Assembly (NCBI GenBank): GCA_965200245.1
Contig: CBDATS010000002.1
Coordinates: forward strand, 1-64,000
DNA length: 64,000 nucleotides
Origin: a bacterium
GTDB lineage: Bacteria; UBA8248
Reading direction: 5' to 3'
This document shows, piece after piece, positions 9,046 to 19,724 of this stretch. A program made the translations under genes and the position numbers. The notes beneath the pieces are model-generated. The model had not been told where the DNA came from, searched no databases, and saw only the letters and a list, made by a program, of their open reading frames with translations. Positions within the stretch are counted from its first letter, which is position 1. Each line of letters opens with the position of its first letter.

Positions 9046-9290
9046 GGACATTCTCGGAGGGTTCGGAAGTCGCCGCCCACAGGCATCCCCACGAACAGAT
9101 GTCCTTCATCCAGCGCGGACGCTTCCTGTTCCGCGTCGAGGGTGAGGCGAACGTGAGGTCGGCGCGGGCGAGGTGGTGGTGTGCAGGTCGAACGTCGAGC
9201 ACTGGCTCAAGGCACTTGAGGACGGCTCCCAGGACCTCCAGATATTCAGCCCCCGGCGCGATGACCTGCTGGGGTTCCGCGGGGCGTATA
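9043..9290 (+). pseudogene. Cupin-domain gene fragment, frameshifted
   Basis: AHRHPHEQMSFIQRGRFLFRVEG, then in another frame GEVVVCRSNVEH...IFSPRRDD. Confidence 0.7.
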
Positions 9291-9703
9291 TTCCGGTTTA
9301 AAATAGGAGTCGTATTCAGTTCATGTGGGGGAGGTTGTAGTTCCTTCTCCCTTGAAGGCCGGGTATCTCTTCAGCGGTATGCCAACAAGAGAGATAAGAC
9401 TACAAGCCCCTAGTTGTGCTGGGAGAGTGGGCGGGCCGTATTTCCGCTCTTTAGTATATCCATTTGATCCTCGCTGTTCTTGCGAAGTTGGTTTAGAGAA
9501 ATTTCAAGTATATCGAGAATGATTAGATTCCTATGAAGAATATCTTGAGAACAAGGACACTGCTATGAAACTATTGTTAATCGTTGCAGAACAGATACCA
9601 GATGCAACACCCGGAACGGCTGCTGCGATATTATCGGGCGATCCAACATGGCTGAGGATATCGGGAACAGTGGATATTGAATTGCTCTTTGCTAAGGGCA
9701 TCA

Positions 9704-10720
9704 TTACGGATCGGTTCGGTTCGAAGACGGTATGGCATCTATCCCCAAGTAGTTCTTGATGGCGTTAGCCAACTCCCATCCGTGATTTCTCGTATTGTCC
9801 GTGACAACCTTTCTGGCCCCAGTCGCCCTAATGTATTCAAGCGTGTCATTGAAATCCGCATGATTGGATAAGGCAACGCTGTAAGCCCGAACTGAATACT
9901 CTTTCAACGGCCGATAACCGTCAGACATATATGCACTACATGTGACATCCGTTCCCCTCTTTGGTTCATTTCCAAAGCCATCACCTTTCGAATACAGGCG
10001 CACATAAGAATGTTCCATCATAGCTGACTCGCCAGCTTTTGAGTCAAGCTGAACTAGGGTCCCGACTGCGAATCCGTATTTTTGATAGACTTCAACTTCC
10101 CGAATAAGTCGCTCAGAAGCCAAAATAGGCACGTCCACGTTGCCCCAGAGAATATGCAGAACACGCTCTATGGTTCCTCGATGGGCGTTTACGTGTACGG
10201 GGCCATGACGCAATTGTTCACACACAATACTTAACAACTCCATTTCCGCCTCTGCCTGGGTGTAGCGGCGTATACTTTTGGGGCTGCCGTAAGTGCTATC
10301 CACGACAAGCTCGTCGACTTGAATAATCTCATCAAGAGGCCAACCGAAGTCACCGGAATAACCAATCCGGAGACCATTTGACAATTCCAACGCAACTTGG
10401 CAGGCACCCAGCATGTGATTCGATGGAACGAGAGATAGCTTCGAACCATCTGCTAGTATGTGTTCGATACTAGGATCAATTGGATGGAGGTTGTCCCGGA
10501 ATTCAAGGTCTAAGTTGTATTCTGCAATCAAAAGTGCATGGGTTGCCGCACTCACAAAAATATCTTGGAGACCCTTGCTCTTATTGAATTGACTCATATG
10601 GTCTTCGTGAACATGAGTCTGGACACGGAAAGAGTATCCGCTCCTAAAACCGTCACACGTTAGATTCTGCCCAAGGCTGACGGTGCCATCCCCAAGAACA
10701 TCAACAACGGGGCTGGACAT
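9704..10720 (-). CDS. MBL-fold / beta-CASP nuclease-like protein
   Basis: THVHEDH, NHMLG, YSGDF, VDSTY and SNHAD motifs. Confidence 0.85.
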   Translation of the reverse strand: MSSPVVDVLGDGTVSLGQNLTCDGFRSGYSFRVQTHVHEDHMSQFNKSKGLQDIFVSAATHALLIAEYNLDLEFRDNLHPIDPSIEHILADGSKLSLVPSNHMLGACQVALELSNGLRIGYSGDFGWPLDEIIQVDELVVDSTYGSPKSIRRYTQAEAEMELLSIVCEQLRHGPVHVNAHRGTIERVLHILWGNVDVPILASERLIREVEVYQKYGFAVGTLVQLDSKAGESAMMEHSYVRLYSKGDGFGNEPKRGTDVTCSAYMSDGYRPLKEYSVRAYSVALSNHADFNDTLEYIRATGARKVVTDNTRNHGWELANAIKNYLGIDAIPSSNRTDP

Positions 10721-11423
10721 TCCTGATTGCCTCTAAAATATGAGTCTGAAGTACTCTTTCGACGCCATCTTTGCCGATATTGTTCATCGATTGATTAAAT
10801 TTCTCATCGCCGACTAAAGTGAATAACTGTTGTCCAAGCCGACCAGATGCCCCTAGGAACCCAAGGTGCTCAAGAACTGATTTCAAAACCGCATTCCTTT
10901 CTATCTGTGTAAGTTTTTGAAGAACTGCCCCAACGTTCTGCTCGCCCAATGAACCAATAAAGACGTAGCGTTTTTCGATTGTGGGGCGCATTCCTAATAT
11001 TTCTTTGATGCAAGCGCAAATGGGCCGACCGGATCGTGCCCGTAGCTGCCTCGCTTGCTGAACCTCCTTGCTGTTGAGGCCATCAGTGAGAATCGAATTG
11101 GCGACGGCACGTTGGTCGTCCACATCCTTGAGACGTGACAATTCGACAGCAGACGAAAAGCCGATAAAATCTTTACCGGCTCCCCAATCAACCAAATGTT
11201 GGATGTCACAAGGAAGATTCAAGATACGCAGAAAACGCCCTACTTGGCTCGTTGAGAGATTGAGTGCTGCCGCACAGTCGCTGAGTGAAGCTCCTTGATC
11301 GCAAGCCTTTCGGAGAATAGAACCAATCTCTATAGGAGAGAGAAGCCTCCCCTTCTTGTGACTCCCGTAGCCCACAGACATTCGGATACGTCCGAGTTCC
11401 AATGCATTCAAACCGGCCAACAT
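10701..11423 (-). CDS. ParB-like HTH DNA-binding protein lacking the N-terminal CTPase domain
   Basis: LSPIEIG...SLSDCAAALNLSTSQVGRFLRILNLPCDIQHLVDWG...SSAVELSRL resembles the ParB central domain; start 11423 or 11381. Confidence 0.65.
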   Translation of the reverse strand: MLAGLNALELGRIRMSVGYGSHKKGRLLSPIEIGSILRKACDQGASLSDCAAALNLSTSQVGRFLRILNLPCDIQHLVDWGAGKDFIGFSSAVELSRLKDVDDQRAVANSILTDGLNSKEVQQARQLRARSGRPICACIKEILGMRPTIEKRYVFIGSLGEQNVGAVLQKLTQIERNAVLKSVLEHLGFLGASGRLGQQLFTLVGDEKFNQSMNNIGKDGVERVLQTHILEAIRNVQPRC

Positions 11424-11428
11424 ATACT

Positions 11429-12183
11429 TTAGCTGTCCATAAAACCGTAGTCGCTCAAAGCAATTTCTATGAGAGTCGCAGCTGCTTCGTCTTGGTTGCA
11501 ATTTTCCTCTTTAGCAAACGTTTGAAGAGCAGTGTGCGTGTCTGCGGTTACCGTCGCTAGAATTTGGACGACTTTCGAGCCAGTTTTGGCATCCTCAATT
11601 ACCTCATCGACTGGTTTCTGGGGATTGTTTTTTCGTTCTTGGGCGATTTTCTTATGCTGAACACCCGGCATCGTTCTCATTTCTTCCGCTAACTTAATGG
11701 CGACTTCGGTATTCACCTCATTACCTTCGCTAGCTGCATCTTGAGCCTTGAGAGCAACATTGATATCAAGTCGTCCATCGTCGACCATCTTTTTCAATTC
11801 TTCAATAAGGCGTGGATACTTCACATATTGCCGCACTTTTTCATAGCTCAAACCTGTAGCTTCACTCACAGACTTTATGGATCCGTAGATATTGTACAAA
11901 TAAGTGATCCCATCTATGAGCTCCTTACCGGAAAGTTTGCGACGAATCAGGTTTTCGGTAATCGATATGGCTTTGGCCTCGCCTCCTTCAACGCGCTCAT
12001 CGAGAACGGCGGCTGTGATTTTCTCCTTCTGCAGCATTTTGTGTGCCAGAAACCGCCGCTGGCCCGTTAATATCTCCCACTTCGCATGTTGGCTTGCTTC
12101 GCAGACGACTATGGGTTGCAACAATCCTTGCTTCGCAATGCTAGCTGCTAATTCGTCAATTTCTGATCCAGCGTCCTTCCGTA
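11429..12183 (-). CDS. ParB/RepB/Spo0J family protein, 5' end interrupted by an IS remnant
   Basis: EIDELAASIAKQGLLQPIVV, GQRR box, ENLIR, HTH; the frame runs into IS256 sequence near 12185. Confidence 0.85.
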
Positions 12184-12362
12184 AAGAGGAGATGCGCCAC
12201 CATCCAGAAAGCGATTCCCTTCGTGAATCCAGCCTTTCGGGACGAGTTGAGCGAACTGTTGCGCGCGGGCGCGCAACGCATCATCCGCCAGGCGGTGGAG
12301 TCGGAGTTGAGGGACTTCCTGGAGGAGCACTCGGCCGCGCGCGACACCCAGGGCCGCCGTGC
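12184..12362 (+). mobile_element. IS256-family transposase 5' remnant
   Basis: NPAFRDELSELLRAGAQRIIRQAVESELRDFLEEH...GRRA resembles IS256 transposase N-termini; truncated. Confidence 0.75.
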
Positions 12363-12541
12363 TGGATGGCACCAGCTACCCATGTCTTGTTTCCCTTGTC
12401 GGCTCTACCCTTGCCCTCCGCCTTCCCGCCGATGAGCGTTTCGATCACTCCCAAGGAAAAACGATTGCCTGAAAACATTCTTGAAGTGGCTGTTCGCATC
12501 AAGTGTATAATCGCGCTCCATTAGATGCTCCAAACACTTTG

Positions 12542-12949
12542 CTATTCCCTGATTTTTCTTGCGAGTTCCGTTATGTTGTCAAGATTCTTTGTTTCACATT
12601 CCCACAAGACAAAGACTCTCCACCCCATTTCACTCAGAAGGGCTTGGTGGTTCTTGAAACGCTCGGCGTTTCTTTCCAGCTTGGAACGCCAGTATTCCTG
12701 ATTTGATTTTGGCATTCTGGCGTTTTTACAACCCTCGTGCCAGTGCCAGAAACATCCATGAACAAACACAAGAGCCTTGTGCTTTTTCAGAACGATGTCG
12801 GGGGTTCCGGGGAGGTCTTTTTTATGCAGGCTGAACCGAAGCCCTTCGCGTTGAAGAACCGAACGAAACAGCAGTTCCGGCCTTGTATTTTTCGACCGCA
12901 CCAAAGACATGACGCGGCTTCTTTCTCGTTTCGTGATCGTGTCAGTCAC
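12542..12949 (-). CDS. vsr: Very short patch repair endonuclease
   Basis: RSRVMSLVRSKNTRPE, LPGTPDIV, FVHGCFWH, VLWECE. Confidence 0.95.
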   Translation of the reverse strand: MTDTITKRERSRVMSLVRSKNTRPELLFRSVLQREGLRFSLHKKDLPGTPDIVLKKHKALVFVHGCFWHWHEGCKNARMPKSNQEYWRSKLERNAERFKNHQALLSEMGWRVFVLWECETKNLDNITELARKIRE

Positions 12950-12976
12950 TCAGGAACTCCCCAGCGACATCTATTC

Positions 12977-13723
12977 CTATAGTATTTCGATCCAATCCGG
13001 TTCAAACTGCATTACTTCCAGTACATCATCTCTATCGAGGCCTTGCGGCGTTTTGACGATTTTGAATCTAGTGGCGCTATCAGGGACCGGCTCAACAATG
13101 GTGAATCGACTGCCATGAGGCTGCCAAGTGAATGAGTGTTCTCCTTCCCGATACGCTTCAAAATTGTCGTTTTGATTTATTCGCCATTCATAATCATTCA
13201 CGGCATACGGGATTATTGGCCGTTCAAAGATAGAAAACTCTTGCGTTTCAAAATTCCGCAAGAAGACGAGAAATCTCATGTCAGCATGATGTCTTTGGGC
13301 TTCTCCAATTCGCGAATTATAGATCGAGATTACCGCGTCTCCCGTTTCCTGCACATCATCAAAGGGATTTTCGATGCCTAACGAATAGACAGGGCTGTTG
13401 CGTCCGCTAATAAGGCGCACTCGCTTTTGACGAGGGGACCTGCCGACCGTGAATTTATGGGGATTCGCGTTTTTTACGGTTTTGACTGACCACCCGCAAC
13501 CGTTCCATATCACATCGGCGATGCCGAGAGGGGAATCCAACGATATGCCGCCAATAGCATCCGCAAACATCCGGCAAAAAGTGTCGCCTTCAAGTTTCCC
13601 ATACCCGATAGCCTTCAGATATATCAGGCTTTTGGCGATATCCTGGATAACTTCCAAAGGAAACTCGTTAAGCGGATAAGGTTCGTGTCTTTGATACCCG
13701 CCTCTGATTCTTGGTTGTCGCAC
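12977..13723 (-). CDS. Putative type II restriction endonuclease
   Basis: Lies between the C5-methyltransferase and vsr; AD-x8-SVK PD-(D/E)xK-like variant motif. Confidence 0.7.
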   Translation of the reverse strand: MRQPRIRGGYQRHEPYPLNEFPLEVIQDIAKSLIYLKAIGYGKLEGDTFCRMFADAIGGISLDSPLGIADVIWNGCGWSVKTVKNANPHKFTVGRSPRQKRVRLISGRNSPVYSLGIENPFDDVQETGDAVISIYNSRIGEAQRHHADMRFLVFLRNFETQEFSIFERPIIPYAVNDYEWRINQNDNFEAYREGEHSFTWQPHGSRFTIVEPVPDSATRFKIVKTPQGLDRDDVLEVMQFEPDWIEIL

Positions 13724-14610
13724 TTAAAACCTCTCCGATTACGGCTTTCACCATGGGAACCGGAACCGCGTTTCCCGTCTGCTTTCTGATCTGGCTGTCA
13801 TTGCCAATGATTTCAAAATGTTCCGGGAAACCCTGTAAGCACAGTTGTTCTCTGGGCGTGAGTCTGCGCACGCCGTCTACAAGCAAATAATTGCATGAAG
13901 CGCCCGCGCGGAGCGCGCACGAGAACGGATGGCTTCCGATATTGCCTGCCTTGTTTTCATGCCAGACAGCGGGGCTTATGGCCGCCGTGTGCGCCTTATG
14001 GCGTCGTTGGCGGATGCGGTCGCTGACGAAATGCCTTTGGTCCGGGTTTGTTTCCAGTATCTTTGTCAAAGGCGTATAAGAGGTTTTTTTTCGGCCATTT
14101 GAACCCATTCAATCCATCGCGCATCCCTACGATGATTACCCGTTCGCGCTTTTGCGGCAACCCATAATCAAGAGCATTCAAAATCCGCGTATCGCAATCA
14201 TATCCCGTGGCGGCCAACATTTCCAAAATGGCCCCCATCGTCCGGCCTTTATTGATCGTGGCGAGTTGCCTCACGTTTTCAAGAACAAACGCGCTCGGTT
14301 TCTTCACGCTCAAAATGCGGGTAATTTCATAGATGAGAGTTCCCCGCTCATCGTTCATCCCTTCACGGCGGCCTATGATGGAAAACGGCTGGCAGGGAAA
14401 GCCGCCAAACATTATATCGTGGTCGGGTATGTCCTCCGCCTCGATTTGCGTAATGTCGCCGGCCGGTCGCATCCTGAAGTTGTGCTCGTATTGCAATTGA
14501 GCTTTTTCGTCGATATCGCTGGCAAATACGCACCGCAGGCCAAAAGAACTAGCGGCATAGTGGAAACCGCCAATGCCGCAAAACAGGTCCGCGAAAGTTT
14601 CTATCGTCAT
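13668..14610 (-). pseudogene. DNA (cytosine-5)-methyltransferase split by a frameshift in an A8 tract (14084-14091)
   Basis: Motifs DLFCGIGG, GFPCQPFS, ENV and QKRER in one frame; RRLTPRE and GNAVPV in another. Confidence 0.9.
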
Positions 14611-14842
14611 CCTACCTAATATCCTTGTGCCAAGCCTTGAATTAACAGCGTCGCTTCCAATCCTTCTCATCTGCCCATATTTACATTATACCTGCTTGGA
14701 AATTCAATGCAAATGATTTGTCAATATATTGGGATTTATTTTGAGTGCATATCAAGGTATAGTGGTTTTTGGCTTCTTAGTTAGTCTTGGGAAGAATTGG
14801 AAAAAAGGGAAGACGGAATCTCTCTTTTTAAGGAGATATAGA

Positions 14843-15079
14843 ATGGCAGACTCAACTCCACCGGCAAAGAAACCAGATGTCACATGGCTCACGGATTCAA
14901 ATGGTCAAAAATCTTCTATGAGGGCTATGTGTGCTTGCGCTCTTGTAGCAGCGATAATTTTTGGAGGAGCAATAATCTTCGAACTTGCTCCATATACTGA
15001 ACAAAAGAGTAGTTTGGTGCTTTATTTTTTGATTGCTGCTTTTGGAGGGAAAGCTGGTCAAAGTTTCGCTGGGAAATAA
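14843..15079 (+). CDS. Small two-TM membrane protein
   Basis: AAGGAG RBS; 78 aa with two hydrophobic segments. Confidence 0.6.
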   Translation: MADSTPPAKKPDVTWLTDSNGQKSSMRAMCACALVAAIIFGGAIIFELAPYTEQKSSLVLYFLIAAFGGKAGQSFAGK

Positions 15080-15354
15080 AGGGCAATTCCATTTCTTATT
15101 GGTTCCCTTGAAAATTGAATGAACCACTCCGATTGCCATTATTCCCAGAAAGAATACGATGAGACTCTAATCATAATCCATATTCGAATCTCCTTATGAA
15201 CAGGTTCAGGATTATTTATACAGTAAGCGGGTAAAAACGATCCCTAAAAATCAACAAGAGAGGCAAGGCAAAGCCTCCGACAAATAATATCAGCATCACC
15301 AGATCATCGGGATCGAAATCTCTCACGCGATCAACGCTTTATGCTTGTTTCTGA

Positions 15355-16284
15355 TTATCCTTTCGCGTCGCTAATATGCAATCGTTGAATTTTTCCACCC
15401 TTTTTTACGGCTTTTGCCGTGACAGTGAATCCACTCCGACTATCCAGCGAACGAGTGTAGATGTTGCCGGGACTGCCGAGGGCCGGGTCGGATATTTGGC
15501 CAGAAACCGGGCGGTCTATTCCTTCAATTTCAAGGGTGCAGTGTCCCGTGTTCAAATTGATTTCGCTAATCATATTTGCTTTATAATCTTTCATTTCCTC
15601 CACCTCCATGTCCTCGTTCCCACGAATGACTTCCGCGTCTGGCTCGGTAATATCCGATTCATATTGAGTTTCTGCGAATTGTCTAATAGAGGAGCAAGAA
15701 GAACCAACAGGAGACACAAATTTTCTTCCATTGCTTCGCGTTTTCGTTGCGAGTTCTGGCAGTTTTTCGATTAACTTTTCATGTAACGATGCCATCCTTT
15801 CGTTTGCCGATGCTATGTTTTCACTATGTTCATGCGCCATCTTCAACATTCCATTCACTAACAAAATTTGCATATTGGAATCAGCGGCAGCTTTTTCTTG
15901 CATCTCGTCAGAAAGCGTTCCTATTGTTTTTTCTGCGCTGCTTGGTTGCACCCATGTTTCCTTGATTGCATTCATTACTCGACAAAAACTCCACTGCAGA
16001 ACTTCTTGATATATCGCAGCGTCAATCCCATAATTCCCGGCTACTGCTGATGCGACAAATAGCCACTGATCCACCGAACCCGGTTCAGACGGTTTTGCGA
16101 AGCAAAGGAGTTGTTTTTTGGTTCGTGGATGCAGAATGTCCCCAAACATGACATAATGGACCACGGAATTATAGAGCTTTGACGCGCCAACAATGGATTC
16201 GCCATATTCCTGTGCTTCCAAAATATGATCATCCGCGCCCTTGCCACTGTATCGAACTAGGAATGGTGGAATAATATCTGCCAT
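15355..16284 (-). CDS. Hypothetical protein (309 aa)
   Basis: Long ORF with an RBS-like AAGGGA in the low-GC island; no recognised motif. Confidence 0.7.
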   Translation of the reverse strand: MADIIPPFLVRYSGKGADDHILEAQEYGESIVGASKLYNSVVHYVMFGDILHPRTKKQLLCFAKPSEPGSVDQWLFVASAVAGNYGIDAAIYQEVLQWSFCRVMNAIKETWVQPSSAEKTIGTLSDEMQEKAAADSNMQILLVNGMLKMAHEHSENIASANERMASLHEKLIEKLPELATKTRSNGRKFVSPVGSSCSSIRQFAETQYESDITEPDAEVIRGNEDMEVEEMKDYKANMISEINLNTGHCTLEIEGIDRPVSGQISDPALGSPGNIYTRSLDSRSGFTVTAKAVKKGGKIQRLHISDAKG

Positions 16285-17529
16285 ACAAATAAAATCCCTT
16301 CACTCGATTCATGCGAATAACATCCTCAAATACTACATCCTGTGGCCTTTCGCGCCAAGCCCGTAATTACGATTGCATCCACGTGGCTATTCCCGGTCCA
16401 TCCATTCCTCGGCGACATCGAGCAGTTCATCCACCGCCGCGTCCTCGGCCTTTGAGATGTATCTCTTGACATGTTCCATGACGGCTTCATCGGGATCCTT
16501 GCTCTCATAAAATGAGAAATCTTATAGGAATGATTCTAATCGGGATGATTCTGGTAGGTTGTGGGAGAACTCTGAACAGTGCGAATGACTATAAACCTTC
16601 ATCTGGTAAATAAAATTCCGAATCTGCAAGACATGATGCAAGTGCACTCCGGGCACTCATCCTACAACGGTCAATAATCGGCGAACCATTGACAAACCCG
16701 GAGATCGAGTTGGTCCGAGAGTTCTTGAAAGTACGCGAAATGATTCAGCAAGTCATGACATCCCCGAATAGCGCACAACAGGAGGATGCGAGTAAAGTAC
16801 GCGCAAGATGTCGAGTAAAGACTCAAACATCATTTGCGGTTTTTCTAGCAGATATTTTTTATATACTTGATGCGAACTCGTGGTTCTCGGGCAAAGAGCC
16901 AGCCACCGCACGAAGAACTGAAGATGTCATGGAAACTTGCATGAAGTCAGAAGGATATGAATATAACGGTCAATAAACACAAAGGAAAGTAAGATCTATG
17001 CAGATTTAAGTATGGGGATTATTCATCAAGCCCGTAACTGCGCAGATCGAAACGGAATTTCCCAACATTCCCCTGAACACAACATGATGTATCAATCCCT
17101 TAAACTAGGAAATTCCGATTGGATTTCTAATATTTCTGACTATAACATTGAATGGCCACCGTGCATTTCTGCGCATAGTCTAGCACACGAATCAGCGGTT
17201 CGGCATTCACAATATTCCGCGCCGATCGATCATTGCCGTTGGCAAAGGGTTAACCCTCGGCAATAAGGAACATTATGAACACCGCAAACCCGCGACGTGA
17301 AAATACCTAATATTAGTCATCCCAAAATAGCTGCCAATTATAAGACAGTGTAAACACCGTCTGCGTCCTCATACAACCCGCCCGCGACACACGTGATGCG
17401 AAGGTTCAGTTCGTGCGCATTCTAGTAGTGGGTTTGGGAAACACGGATCGCTTCGTGGAAGGTCTTGAAGTTCCCCTCCCGGGGCGGATATCGGAGACTG
17501 ACGAGCAGCTTATCACATCTAAGCTGTTC

Positions 17530-17572
17530 AAACAGAAACGGGGTCCCCGCCATCTCACCGCGAGGACCCCGG
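17530..17572 (-). terminator. Intrinsic terminator after the cyclase gene
   Basis: Imperfect GC stem followed by tttctgttt on the minus strand. Confidence 0.6.
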
Positions 17573-17580
17573 AAACCAGA

Positions 17581-18270
17581 CTAGTCGTCCAGAACCGCCA
17601 CGGCGCGGACGGGACTTCCCGTTCCCTCCCGGAACTTGAGCGGAAGGGAGATGAACTGGAACTCGCCCTTGCCGAGCAGGGATTCCAGGTTGCACAGGCT
17701 CTCCAGGTGGGTGATTCCCCTCTCCCAGCAGGTTTTGTGCACCAAGGCGTTCACGTCGCCCTCGGGGCCGGGACGCATGGAATCGATCCCGAAATGAGCG
17801 ATTCCCTGATCCGCGAGCCATTCGGTGGCCTCCACGTTCACGCCGGGATTGTCCGTTCCATACGCTTTCGTGGGGAACGTGCGGGCGTGATGGCCCGTGC
17901 AGAGCAGGATGGTGCCGCCCCTGGGGATCGGGAGGCCGGTCTTCTTCACCGCCTCGTCGAGATCGGTCGAAGTGATTTCCGCCCGGGGAGCGATGTGCTG
18001 CAAATCGATGCAGATGCCGCGGACGATGCAGTTCTCGAGCGGGTACTCGTTCATCGGCTGCCCGTCCTTGTGGAAATGGCGCGGTGCGTCGAGGTGCGTG
18101 GTGCCGTGTTCGGGCATGGTGACGAAGTTCAGGGCGTTCCCCCAGACATTGCCCGAATCCCTGAAGGCCTCATCGTGGTTTTTCCACTCGGCGTAGAGGA
18201 TAGGCGGCTGACCCGGATACGCGGGCGTGCGGTGATAGATCTCTCGTGAAAGGTCAACGATGGCAGGCAT
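17581..18270 (-). CDS. Cyclase family protein (kynurenine formamidase-like)
   Basis: HGTTHLDAPRH and GTGSPVRAVA motifs. Confidence 0.9.
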   Translation of the reverse strand: MPAIVDLSREIYHRTPAYPGQPPILYAEWKNHDEAFRDSGNVWGNALNFVTMPEHGTTHLDAPRHFHKDGQPMNEYPLENCIVRGICIDLQHIAPRAEITSTDLDEAVKKTGLPIPRGGTILLCTGHHARTFPTKAYGTDNPGVNVEATEWLADQGIAHFGIDSMRPGPEGDVNALVHKTCWERGITHLESLCNLESLLGKGEFQFISLPLKFREGTGSPVRAVAVLDD

Positions 18271-18290
18271 AGATTTTTTCTCCTTTTCGC

Positions 18291-19532
18291 CTAGACGGTG
18301 CAGCGCAATATATGAAGTCCGTGGTTCTTGTCCGTCACGTAAATGATCCCGCGCCTGTCCACGATAACGTCCTCGCTCTGGGTGACGAGCGTCCTGGGCA
18401 GCATGCCGAGGCGTTTCGTCGGGTCGGCGGGGATGTAGTGCGCGACCTCGCGCGGGTGAATGGGTTCAGAAATGTCGTAAACCCTGAGTCCGGCGTTGAA
18501 ATACGTCAGATAGACGCGGTCTTCCCTTTGCTCGAGGCAGTCGAGCCCCTGGGGATGGTGCTGGTTGTGCGGGCCGAAACGTCCGCCGCGCTCACAGAAG
18601 CTCTTGTGCGAATAGCCGGGCGGCGGCTCGGGCACCGGGAACAGCGACATGAGCCTGGGAGAAGTCTTGTCTTCGATGTCGACAATCGCCGTGTAGTTGA
18701 GCGGTTCGTCGCAGTTCTCCTTGAGCGCCTCGCTGTTGATGATGGCGAACCCCCGGTTGAGATAGGGGTACGCCGTGTGCACGGCGATCGCGCTCCCCAG
18801 CGGCGGATAGACGTTGAAGCGGCTGATGAGCCTGGGGCTCGATATATCCTCGATGTCCGCGATGACAAATCCGCCGCGCGCATAAGGCAGGTACACGCGC
18901 CCGTTCTCCGCATGGGCCGGGCCGTGCTGGAACACGCGCATTCCCTCGCTCCAGTCGTCCGAAACATCGGTCCCCTCCCCCTCCTGTTCAGGCAGCCAGA
19001 AACGGCCCGCTTCCCTGGGGTTTCGGGGATCGGCCAGATCCAAGATGCGGTAGATGTTCCCGTCAAAGCCGGGCGCGTAGGCGGAGAGGTGAGCGTAGCG
19101 GCCGCCGTTGTAAAAATTGCGGTGCGTACCGTCGGCCCCCGTCTGCCAGTGGGAGAGAAGTTCAGGCTCTGCGGGGTCTTTTTCCACGTCCCAGATGTAG
19201 ACGCCCTCGGCATCGGGCGGATCATCAGGCCTCGGTCCCCAGCCGGGCGGAATTTTTTCCAGTGAGGTGATGAGCAAGCCATCCGCCACCTGTACCTGAA
19301 GCGTCCAGGTGTTGTCCGGACCCTCGATGAACCTGAGGAGTCTGGGGTCTTCAGGTTCGGTCACGTCGAGAATGCTCCAGCCGCTCACCCAGAAGTGCGA
19401 GAGGTAGAGATAAAACCGCCCGTCCACCTCCTGAATCGCCGTCTTGAAGGCGGGTCTGTCTTCCAGGCCGTGATAGCCGACCAGTTCCATGTTTTCGCTG
19501 CTGATTGCCGCAGGCGCCTGCGCGAGACTCAT
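18291..19532 (-). CDS. LVIVD-repeat beta-propeller protein
   Basis: Repeated ILDV/IWDV/IADI/IVDI/VYDI-xxP strands; GAGG RBS before ATG 19532. Confidence 0.8.
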   Translation of the reverse strand: MSLAQAPAAISSENMELVGYHGLEDRPAFKTAIQEVDGRFYLYLSHFWVSGWSILDVTEPEDPRLLRFIEGPDNTWTLQVQVADGLLITSLEKIPPGWGPRPDDPPDAEGVYIWDVEKDPAEPELLSHWQTGADGTHRNFYNGGRYAHLSAYAPGFDGNIYRILDLADPRNPREAGRFWLPEQEGEGTDVSDDWSEGMRVFQHGPAHAENGRVYLPYARGGFVIADIEDISSPRLISRFNVYPPLGSAIAVHTAYPYLNRGFAIINSEALKENCDEPLNYTAIVDIEDKTSPRLMSLFPVPEPPPGYSHKSFCERGGRFGPHNQHHPQGLDCLEQREDRVYLTYFNAGLRVYDISEPIHPREVAHYIPADPTKRLGMLPRTLVTQSEDVIVDRRGIIYVTDKNHGLHILRCTV

Positions 19533-19724
19533 CGCATCCTCACAAGTGTGTTCGCTTTGACTCTTCGCCAAAATGTGGAAGAGAATGTCTGCCGAACTGA
19601 TTGCCGGATCATGCCTTATGTACCCCACTACCGCATGGTGGTAAAGTCCCGCAGCGGGTTTTACGCCCACAGGGCGAGACGGGCGCGGGGCCTTCGAGCA
19701 GACGCACCGGAGAGCGGAGAACAT

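Noticed and set aside
9420-9759. Possible gene remnant with an internal TGA on the + strand
   Set aside because: No recognisable family; no support for selenocysteine readthrough.
16326-17266. Short ORFs in the AT-rich island tail
   Set aside because: Cannot be supported as genes.
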